Below are positions 1-8,795 of a stretch of DNA of 20,000 nucleotides, in pieces. How positions within the stretch are numbered: position 1 is the first letter of the stretch; each line of letters begins with the position of its first letter. This DNA comes from Cladosporium halotolerans (taxonomy: Eukaryota). The stretch is taken from assembly GCF_011745625.1 (NCBI RefSeq), contig NW_027191475.1, positions 361,920-381,919 of the forward strand. The letters run 5' to 3'. The notes under the pieces are model-generated. The model was given only the letters and a program-made list of their open reading frames with translations, had not been told where the DNA came from and searched no databases. Made by a program: the position numbers and the translations under genes.

Positions 1-1034
1 ACGAAATTATCTGACACAACGTCTGCGTATGTTAAGAAAAGGACAAAAGAGACCCAAGTCGACACTGTATGCTTGCAAATGTATCTACTGTACATAGATT
101 GCTACCTTCCATTCGCCCGCTTGAGCATTGGTGTTTTGGCGCATGAAGATGCTAGGTTAAATAGCATAACTGTGGATATTGTAAATGCCCTTGACGCATA
201 CCATCGCTTCGCATCGCTTCATTAAACACTCTGTTTCTCTCTAGTTTGGTCCCCTTTGGACATTGGGCCCTCTTGCATCCAGCTCCTCACAGCAAACACT
301 AGCTCGCGGAGATCCACACCGCGCGAGAGGCATCTGCTCGTTCTAGACGGTAGTACACGGCCCACTGTATCACAATCCGACGGGCATCTTATCACTGCCG
401 CGTCATCTGTCAATATGCCAGTCTCGCCTCCTTGTGGTCCGAGCTAGATCGTGGGCTTTGGGCTGCCAGAGCGCGGCTTCTGTCGATAGTAGAAGAGATC
501 TTCGAGAGATCTGGGATGGCGACAGGGAAGGTGCTGTTAAAGTTTTGTACGCCTGTCACGGTCGGTCTTGGTCGGTCGTGCGCGTGCATTGGACTAGACG
601 TTGGTACATTGGGTTGACACAGGCTGGGTTCGGAGACGATTGGTGGCTTCTCGAGAGAAACGACGGCAGAGGCTTTCGCACTGCTGGACTTGTCTGGCGA
701 TTCCAAATGTTGGAACATTATACTTCTGTCATGACTGCGCCGAGCCCCGGTGTCACATGGCAGACACGCAGCCTTCGATCCGCACATGCATCCCGCAGGC
801 AAGGCAAGGTAAGGTAAGGTACCTGACTCTCCAGCGTGGGAGGGATGGAGGGACGTCGCGGCGTTGCAGCCCAAAGCCCCCCAAAAGCTTGCGGCCCGAG
901 CTGCCGACTTCACCTCCCACCAGCCAGACAAAAGAGCCAGACTTTTCGGGAGATCTTAAGAACGACCATGTGCTTTGCTTGATCGGGAATTGCAGCAGAA
1001 CGGAAGAGATCATTTGTAGGATATCGCTTCCACG

Positions 1035-2324
1035 ATGGCGAACCCCAACGCCGGCCACTTTTTCCAGACGTCCGAGTCGCTGGTTTCTGGCCAGCGCAAG
1101 GCGGCCAAAGCGCAGAACAAGCTTGGTCGTCCGATCAAGTTGTCTTCCAAGTTGCTGGCCATCGTTCCGGATCCGTTCGATGAGAGGGCCGTGTATGTTG
1201 CTGAGGCTGCTGGGGAGGTGAGGAGGATTGTTTTGGAGGTGAGTTTTGACGCTTCTTGGTTGTTCTCTCTTCGTGTCGGATGGAATATTTTGTATCTTCT
1301 GGGAATTTCATACACCACAGCAATTTTACCGTTTCGTCAGGACAAAGTAAAAACTGCTAACCGGGTAACATCCCAGACCGGCGAACGCATCTCCGTCGAC
1401 CGCGCCACCGCACCCCTAACCAGCCTCGCCTTCTCTCCCAACGGCCAACGCCTCTACTCCGGCTGCTGGGACAAGAACATCTACGCGACCGACTTCGAAT
1501 CCGGCGCCACCACGCACCTCACCGCCCACACCGACTTCGTCAAATGCCTCCTCACCACAACCCTCGCCGGCAAACCCATCCTGCTCTCCGGCTCCGCAGA
1601 CGCCACCATCATCGTCTGGGACCTCAGCACCAACAAACCCCTGCACAAACTCAAAGGACACGTCAAGGCCGTCCAGAACCTCGCCGTCGACCCCCTCAGC
1701 CTGCCCTCGGGCTCCTCCGCACCAGGCGAGAGCTTCGTCCTCTTCTCTTCCAGCTCCGACCGCGAAATCCGCCGCTGGCACATTTCCCTCTCCCGCGCGC
1801 ACGAGCTGCCGGAGAGTCTGGAGCGCCCGCTCCGCCCGCACGAGACGACGATCTGGGCGCTGCGGTTCGATTCAGAGGGCGATTTGTGGACGGCCAGCGC
1901 GGACAAGACGGCTAAGCACCTTGTTCGGTCTCGTGGGTGGGAGGCGGATACGGTGCTGAGGCATGCTGATTTCGTCGGCGATGTTCTGCCTTGTGATGAT
2001 TTGGGGCTGGTGGTTACGGCGTGTAGGGACGAGGAGGTGAGGGTGTGGGATGTGGCGAGCGGGGAGTGCGTTTGTGTTTACGAGGGGCATTTTGAGGAGG
2101 TGACAGGGTTGGCGAGGGTGGGGAGGGGGACGGTGGCGAGTGTTAGTATTGATGGGACGGTGAGGAGGTGGGGGTTGGAGAAGGGGGAGATGAAGAGGTT
2201 TGCGGAGGAGAGGGCGAGGGAGGCGCAGGGGGAGAGTGCGGACGTTGGCGTGAAGAAGGGAGGGCCGCAGTTGACGGCTGAGGAGGAGGATGAGCTCGCG
2301 GAGCTGATGGATGACAGCGACTGA
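1035..2324 (+). CDS. WD40-repeat protein; exons 1035-1238 and 1377-2324 (383 aa)
   Basis: ORF with several GH...WD-type repeats (LYSGCWDKNI, AHTDFVKCL...LLSGSADATIIVWD, KGHVKAV, LWTASADKTA, VTACRDEEVRVWD, EGHFEEV...SVSIDGTVRRW). Intron 1239-1376: GTGAGT donor, GCTAAC branch 1356-1361, CAG acceptor; 138 nt, in frame, no stop. Confidence 0.9.
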   Translation: MANPNAGHFFQTSESLVSGQRKAAKAQNKLGRPIKLSSKLLAIVPDPFDERAVYVAEAAGEVRRIVLEVSFDASWLFSLRVGWNILYLLGISYTTAILPFRQDKVKTANRVTSQTGERISVDRATAPLTSLAFSPNGQRLYSGCWDKNIYATDFESGATTHLTAHTDFVKCLLTTTLAGKPILLSGSADATIIVWDLSTNKPLHKLKGHVKAVQNLAVDPLSLPSGSSAPGESFVLFSSSSDREIRRWHISLSRAHELPESLERPLRPHETTIWALRFDSEGDLWTASADKTAKHLVRSRGWEADTVLRHADFVGDVLPCDDLGLVVTACRDEEVRVWDVASGECVCVYEGHFEEVTGLARVGRGTVASVSIDGTVRRWGLEKGEMKRFAEERAREAQGESADVGVKKGGPQLTAEEEDELAELMDDSD

Positions 2325-2392
2325 GAGTATAATTGCATTGATAGATGATTCAGAACCCCTAACCCCAGGCTACACATTGCGCAATTGCGCGC

Positions 2393-2854
2393 TCACTCCC
2401 GCCAGCAAACAACCGACACATCCCTAACCCTTCCGCTGTCCAGTCTCTCCCTAACAAGCTCCCAGCCCTCCAAACCAGCGAAATCGACCTTTTTCTCCCT
2501 CCCCAGCCCGAATATCCCCTTCCGCGGCGCAAATTCTACCTCCACCTCGACACGCCACGGTCCGTTCTCCTCCGCGACGCCCATGCCCCTCAACATCCCC
2601 GTCAAAATCCCCATGAACTCCACATATCCTGTCTTCGCGCCGATGGCGATGTTGCCGTCCCACTTGCTACCTTGGCTGGGTGCCTCATTGTGGGGAGAAG
2701 TAGAGCTGAGGACCTCGATGGTAAGAGGTACGGTCGAAGTGGTTATTTGCTCTGCTGCTTTCTTCTGTGGACTGGCCGCTGGTGGATCGTGCGCGTGAGA
2801 GCGAGCGCGGTGGGCTATCCAGTTGGGAATTAAGTGGATTAGGCTGCTGTCCAT
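2393..2854 (-). CDS. Hypothetical protein (~153 aa from ATG 2854; upstream in-frame ATG at 2983 possible)
   Basis: Intronless ORF; ATG 2854 in good context (GCAAAATGG); C-terminal domain resembles that of the neighbouring 3241-3897 ORF (LGR..V...EGWE.VR). No family recognised. Confidence 0.6.
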   Translation of the reverse strand: MDSSLIHLIPNWIAHRARSHAHDPPAASPQKKAAEQITTSTVPLTIEVLSSTSPHNEAPSQGSKWDGNIAIGAKTGYVEFMGILTGMLRGMGVAEENGPWRVEVEVEFAPRKGIFGLGREKKVDFAGLEGWELVRERLDSGRVRDVSVVCWRE

Positions 2855-3240
2855 TTTGCGTTGCGTTGCGTTGTTCGTTTTGCTTGTTTGAGCTGAAGGA
2901 AGAAGCTTGTACTTATCTTTAAGATCTGGCATGGGGACCCAGGGGATCTGGGAACTGAGATCGCTTTTGTATATGAGATCCATAGTTTTGCTGAAGTTAA
3001 TGCCGGAGGTGGTGTGGTGTCATGATCGATGGATAGCATGATGCTTGCAGTGGTGAATGATTGATCGATGGGTATTGAAGGATGTCCGACTAGCGTGAAG
3101 AGTGAGAAGGGCATGACATTATCGTTCGTTATTGACTAGATCATCCAAAGAAACGAGAGCAACTGGCTCTTTCGCACTGATCGCGGTTAATTGGTCGTTA
3201 ATCAACTAGTAAAGGAAAAGGAGAAGTGATAACCCCGACA

Positions 3241-3897
3241 TCAAGCAAAAACAACAATCTTATCAACCAAACCCTCACAAATTTCCGTTCTAACCCCTTC
3301 CCACCCCTCCTCGCCAACCCTCACCCCACTCCTCCTCCCCAAAACCTTCTCCCATTTAGTCTTACTCCTCAGCGCCCTGACTTCTTTCACCCCGCCCTTC
3401 CCCTTCCCCTTTCCGCCCGTAACATCAGGCTTGATCCGTCTCAGACACCGCCGAAACTGCTCCCACTCCATGCCCTCATAGACCGTCACGAAAGCTTTGA
3501 ATTTCCGCGCCGTAGGACAGACGACTTTCGACCACCCGTCGTCTTCGAGGACGATCGTCTCGGTGTAGCGGAGGGTGACGGGGATGGAGACTGCGATTGC
3601 GCCGGATGGGATTGAAGGCGCGAGAGACGCGTAGGTTGGCGGATCGGGCGTGATGCGTTGGTCGCGGCGGCGTTTGTTGTAAGGCGGTGGTGGAGGGTAC
3701 ACGGGCGGGTCGTCTTGCTCTTGGCTTGCGAGTTGGGATTCGGTGTTTGGCTCTGTTAATTCGGGCGTGGTGGATGATGATTCGGAGGACCAGTTTGAAG
3801 GGCTGCGGCGGGGTTGGTGGCGTTGCGAGCGGGATGTGCAGGTTGAGCAGAGGGATGCGAAGTGAGGGACTGGATTTGATGGGTGTGGTGGCGACAT
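3241..3897 (-). CDS. Hypothetical protein with PPxY motifs (~218 aa from ATG 3897)
   Basis: Open frame extends to 4041; ATG 3897 in ACCATG context. Ser/Pro-rich N-terminus with PPVY, PPPPPY and PPTY, then a globular C-terminal domain similar to 2393-2854. Confidence 0.65.
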   Translation of the reverse strand: MSPPHPSNPVPHFASLCSTCTSRSQRHQPRRSPSNWSSESSSTTPELTEPNTESQLASQEQDDPPVYPPPPPYNKRRRDQRITPDPPTYASLAPSIPSGAIAVSIPVTLRYTETIVLEDDGWSKVVCPTARKFKAFVTVYEGMEWEQFRRCLRRIKPDVTGGKGKGKGGVKEVRALRSKTKWEKVLGRRSGVRVGEEGWEGVRTEICEGLVDKIVVFA

Positions 3898-4450
3898 GGT
3901 TATTACTGGGGCGTTTGTTGCGTTCATTGAGTTGACGAGAGTATTTTTCACGTTGTGTAGTTGTGAGTTGAAGGGCGAGTCTGTGTTGCGACATCCCCGT
4001 TGCACATTGTTATCTGCGGCAATGCTGGGTTCCATGATCAATCTAGATGCGCGTATTAACTACTCCTCCCGGAGGAGGCCGTCTCAGACAGGGGTTGATG
4101 TCCGCATATTTCCGCTGCAGCCCGCGGGTCGCCGACATGCGATCCTGCGTGAGGATTTCGCAGGAAGGCGTGACACTCGAAACCACAGTGGTAAACTGCG
4201 AGTTATCGAGGTTAATCTTGCCCGAGATACGAGGCGTGGTCTGTAGAGCCGCGTGTAACACGAGTCGTGCAGCTGCACGTACTTTGACTTTGTGGAGACC
4301 GGAAACACTATCAAGCCCTACTGCCACCAAGAAGCACTAACGCAGCATGTGATGTCTTAGGTGATTTGATCACACGGTCACATCCTTTCGCAACTCGGCC
4401 TATGCGCATACTGGCGCAGTAAGAACCTTGAAATTTGAGCGTCTAAACTC

Positions 4451-4906
4451 TCAGCCTGGGCCCAACCTCGACCTAACAGCATTGCGCAACTGGCGCAAAG
4501 TATCCTCAGTCAACGGGGGTGTGATACCCTGTCGTGCTAGATCCTGGTAATTGGCCAGAACGAATCGCATGATATCAAGCGGTTTGAGGTTGCGCATGAT
4601 GTGCAGCATGATTTCCGCGGGCATCCTGAAAAGTGGAAAGAGTGCGGGTATGCGCGTGTTGTTCGTGATGTAGTCGATGCGAATCCGCGATAACGCAGGC
4701 GCCAGACCGGTTGCATGTAGAAGAGGGTAGTTCGCAAATGCGAAGTTTATGAAGGCTTCTGGTGGAAGAAGGTCGACGATGTCTAGGATCAACTCAGGTG
4801 GGAGCGTGTAGAACGGATGCTGTGGTCTTCTGTGTAGTGCCATTTGGGTCGAGGGTGTGTTCTGAGTCGAACCGCCGGTTTGCGGGTCAGCGTCTGTCGG
4901 ATCCAT
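4451..4906 (-). CDS. Small protein with two tandem F-box-like motifs (151 aa)
   Basis: PFYTLPPELILDIVDLLPPEAFINFAFANY and PLFRMPAEIMLHIMRNLKPLDIMRFVLANY both match the F-box pattern L..LP.E....I...L; CACCATGG start context. Confidence 0.75.
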   Translation of the reverse strand: MDPTDADPQTGGSTQNTPSTQMALHRRPQHPFYTLPPELILDIVDLLPPEAFINFAFANYPLLHATGLAPALSRIRIDYITNNTRIPALFPLFRMPAEIMLHIMRNLKPLDIMRFVLANYQDLARQGITPPLTEDTLRQLRNAVRSRLGPG

Positions 4907-4968
4907 GGTGGAGGTCGCCGCACGCGGAGTCTTGATGTAGCAAGCTATGAATAGCTAAGCAATTGCGC

Positions 4969-5721
4969 TCATTCTTTGTGAGGCTTATCTGAAGCAGCAG
5001 GCTGGATGAATTTCCAGACGTATCCCGAGACGAACCAGGCACAAACGGCGAGCACCACGATGTAAAGAGCGGTTGGGCCGAGAGATTTCGGAAAGATGTT
5101 GAAGACGTAAGGATCGAGGATGAGATCAACGTCCACGGGAGGCGGACTGAGCATCAAGTCCTTGTTGGTCGTGTAGAACTCCGCAGCAGCCCTTACACGA
5201 AGAAAGAGCACGCTTTCCTTGCTTGTATGCGGTGACGAGGTGGGCTCAGGACGTTTTCTCTCCGGCTTCTCGGCGTACGCCGCCAGCGTTTGGATCAGCT
5301 CTGGCGTGTCAAAGACTTCGTTGATGTTGTAAACGTCAATCCAAAAATTGGTGGGTTGCTGATCAGTGTTAGTACTGACATCGAGTGATTGGATTGCCTG
5401 TGGAGCAAACGGAAAGACACTTACGCTTGCCGACCAGCATGCGCGCAATTCGTATCTCTGCTGTGGGTTGAGGTCTCTGAGTAAGTACCAGTGATCTTTT
5501 ACGCCACCTGAAGCGGCCTCACCAGGTGCGGCCACGTCGAGGGATGTCCTCAGTGTGGATCTTTCCAGTGCGAGCGACTCTAACTGGAGCACGTCGAGAC
5601 TGGGGTTGCTGTCTGTGAAAGTGACGGCATCGGGCGCAGTGAAGATTGCCTTCTCGGTGTTTGCAGACACTGAGGCTACCAGCAGGGCGAACAGAGTGGG
5701 CAGGCCGGCGGATAGCTTCAT
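4969..5721 (-). CDS. PGA1: Pga1-like GPI-mannosyltransferase II coactivator; exons 5721-5425 and 5358-4969 (228 aa)
   Basis: Signal peptide followed by ANTEKAIF, RYELRACWSAS|QPTNF, ILDPYVFNIFPKSL and a C-terminal TM helix, as in the fungal Pga1 family. Intron 5424-5359: GTAAGT donor, TACTAAC branch, CAG acceptor; 66 nt, in frame, no stop. Confidence 0.75.
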   Translation of the reverse strand: MKLSAGLPTLFALLVASVSANTEKAIFTAPDAVTFTDSNPSLDVLQLESLALERSTLRTSLDVAAPGEAASGGVKDHWYLLRDLNPQQRYELRACWSASVSVFPFAPQAIQSLDVSTNTDQQPTNFWIDVYNINEVFDTPELIQTLAAYAEKPERKRPEPTSSPHTSKESVLFLRVRAAAEFYTTNKDLMLSPPPVDVDLILDPYVFNIFPKSLGPTALYIVVLAVCAWFVSGYVWKFIQPAASDKPHKE

Positions 5722-6258
5722 CGCGGTGGCGGTCGAGACAGGATACCGAGATGTCGGGATGGCAGTAAGGGTGGCTTCACAGCTCAGTAGGGCATCACGT
5801 GGGCAGGCAGTCAGGTGACGCGAGGCTTCATGCGCAGTGCTGCTTCGGGTCGTTGAATGCACACCACGGCGGACGTCCGGTCAGGTGTGTATAATAAGCC
5901 GGTGTTGTTCACTTCAGGGCGTGCCTCAGGTTGTCGACACTGTTGACGCCGGCCTCTCGTGGCCCGCCGGCCGGCAGACACCTCAGGCGGCGGCCGGGCG
6001 CGCGATTCGCCCGCTTCGCACGCGCTAGCCCCACTACGCGCCAAGAGCGACTGGGATGCCCTGAAGCTAGCCCGACCGCAGTCCCGCCCGCACAACAAAC
6101 GCTGCTTCCCAAAGTTCCCCACGGACCACCGCAGAGTAAACACCTCGCGCCTGCACACACCGCAGCATCCACCTCACCACCTCCCTCCTCCGCCACTCGA
6201 GTCCGCCGCGACCTCTCCTCCACCCAACAACCACATCACACCCACCACACCCGCAACC
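5722..6258. promoter_or_regulatory. Divergent intergenic/promoter region between the Pga1-like gene and alpha-tubulin
   Basis: Head-to-head ATGs 537 nt apart; GC-rich core and a C/A-rich leader before the tubulin ATG. Individual elements not identified. Confidence 0.5.
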
Positions 6259-7989
6259 ATGCGTGAGGTCATCAGCTTGAACGGTATGTTTACCCCTGTG
6301 CCACTGCCCCACGCGCCTTGACCGCCTCGAGGCCGTGAGGGCGAGACATCGACCGAGTGCTGACTTTGGACGCGTATAGTCGGCCAGGCCGGTTGCCAAA
6401 TCGCCAACAGCTGCTGGGAGGTTAGTCTCGAGTCCGAAAGAGCGTGCAATGCAATGGGATGCGATCGGATACGCATGGGAATCGGGAATACGGCTGCCTC
6501 AGGGGAACGGTTGCTGACATGATGGGATTGTAGCTCTACTGCCTCGAGCACGGCATCCAGGTCAGTGATGCGCACCGCACGCACAGCATGCTACAATGAC
6601 TGACTCTTCACAGCCCGATGGTTTCCTCACTGAGGAGCGCAAGGCCACCAGCGACGACCAGGGCTTCTCCACTTTCTTCTCCGAGACTGGTATGTCATCT
6701 CGAGTCCGCTCACTGCACTGCGGGCATCCTTCTAACGCAAGCAAACAGGCAACGGCAAGTACGTGCCGCGCACCATCTACTGCGATCTCGAGCCCAATGT
6801 CGTCGACGAGGTCCGCACCGGCCCCTACCGCGCCCTCTTCCACCCCGAGCAGATGATCACCGGCAAGGAGGATGCCTCGAACAACTACGCTCGTGGCCAC
6901 TACACCGTCGGCAAGGAGCTCATCGACCAGGTCCTCGACAAGGTCCGCCACGTCGCCGACAACTGCTCTGGTCTTCAGGGTTTCCTCGTCTTCCACTCCT
7001 TCGGTGGTGGTACCGGTTCCGGTTTCGGTGCCCTCCTCATGGAGCGTCTGTCCGTCGACTACGGCAAGAAGTGCAAGCTGGAGTTCTGCGTCTACCCCGC
7101 TCCCCAGGTCGCCACCTCCGTTGTTGAGCCTTACAACTCCATCCTCACCACCCACACCACCCTCGAGCACTCCGACTGCTCCTTCATGGTCGACAACGAG
7201 GCCATCTACGACATTTGCCGTCGCAACCTCGGCATTGAGCGCCCCAACTACGAGAACCTGAACCGCCTGATCGCCCAGGGTATGTATCAGCTTGATTATC
7301 TTCACTTACACGGCAATTGAGGCTAACATCTCCCAGTCGTTTCTTCCATCACCGCTTCTCTCCGTTTCGACGGCTCCCTCAACGTCGACCTGAACGAGTT
7401 CCAGACCAACCTGGTCCCCTACCCGCGTATCCACTTCCCTCTGGTCGCCTACGCCCCGATCGTCTCCGCCGCCAAGGCCGCCCACGAGGCCAACAGCGTC
7501 CAGGAGATCTCCATGGCTTGCTTCGAGCCCAACAACCAGATGGTCAAGTGTGACCCTCGCAACGGCAAGTACATGGCCACCTGCCTGCTCTACCGCGGTG
7601 ACGTCGTCCCCAAGGACACTCACGCCGCCGTCGCCACCCTCAAGACCAAGCGCACCATCCAGTTCGTCGACTGGTGCCCGACTGGTTTTAAGCTCGGTAT
7701 CTGCTACCAGCCCCCGATGAACGTGCCCAACGGCGACCTCGCCAAGGTCAACCGCGCCGTCTGCATGCTCTCCAACACCACCGCCATTGCCGAGGCCTGG
7801 TCTGCTCTTTCCCACAAGTTCGACCTCATGTACAGCAAGCGTGCCTTCGTCCACTGGTACGTCGGCGAGGGTATGGAGGAGGGCGAGTTCTCCGAGGCCC
7901 GCGAGGACCTTGCCGCGCTCGAGCGCGACTACGAGGAGGTCGCCGCCGACTCTGCCGAGGGCGAGGAGGGTCTTGACGCCGAGTACTAG
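6259..7989 (+). CDS. tubA: Alpha-tubulin; exons 6259-6283, 6380-6420, 6534-6560, 6614-6689, 6749-7279, 7337-7989 (450 aa)
   Basis: [34 protein letters not shown]..., GGGTGSG signature, acidic C-terminus ending EY. Five GT-AG introns with branch sites; exon sum 1353 nt = 451 codons. Confidence 0.97.
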
Positions 7990-8795
7990 ACGGAGAGCGA
8001 GTTTCTTGTTGAGCGAGGGAGAGAATCAATGATATTGGCCAGGCGCAGGGCTTACTAGGGTACTGATACTGATACTGACACTGCAAGACGCAGCAAACGG
8101 TTGTTTTTCTTTGATGCAAATGCCTTTTTAATCGAAAGCGAATTTTTCCCAAAAAATCTTGTAGAGCCAGGAGGAACGTGTGCGCATATCGTGAGGTGTA
8201 TCCGTGCCTCAGTGATTATCTACATTGCACGGTAGTGCCTCTTGAGGACTCGCTATCTTTTTCCAGACAATGCTCGACATGGAGTGACAGCCGTAGCGGC
8301 TCCACCCACCTGTAAAGGAATGGTGGAGGCAACGGACGGCAGATGGATGATGTAGGGCAGCCGGGGCAGGTTGGCACACAGCCACAAACAGCCATAGCGC
8401 GCAGCTGCTGTCTCGATGCAGCCCGGTGGTCAGCAAGCAACCGCCATGCGCCCAAGCGGCAGCGCGTGCGCCAAATCATACCTGACTGTCGGTCCCGGCG
8501 CCGGCTGTAGAAGTACCGCTGTTCTTTGCTCCGAGATGCCACTTGCTGCGCCCTTTCGCTCGACCTCGTCCCTCCTGTCGCGCGATCCCCAATTCCTCCC
8601 ACCCTGACACCTTCGCGACTTTGCCCCACTTCCTCCAGATCCGCTTGGAGAACATCGGTCTGGGTCGGGGCGCAACGCCGCCATATTAATCCTCGCCCTC
8701 CCTCGGCCTCGCTTGCCCTCCAGACACACCTCACTCCTTCAATTCACGCGCGCTCTCCCTCCCTCGCCGCAGCAGAGAGCGACAACGTCACCAGC

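Noticed and set aside
796..824. (AAGGY)n pentamer run caggcaaggcaaggtaaggtaaggtacct with GTAAG donor-like words
   Set aside because: Short simple repeat of a kind common in fungal intergenic DNA; no matching exon structure.
222..931. Minus-strand ORFs 410-931 and 222-413, and Cys-rich plus ORF 601-1221 (CWTC...CHDC)
   Set aside because: No recognisable domain, codon bias or convincing splice model; likely chance ORFs upstream of the WD40 gene.
6562..7854. Long antisense ORFs (247 aa, 182 aa) over alpha-tubulin
   Set aside because: Expected shadow of strong C-ending codon bias.
8061..8084. (TACTGA)x3 repeat resembling branch-point motifs in the tubulin 3' region
   Set aside because: Simple hexamer microsatellite; no supported intron.
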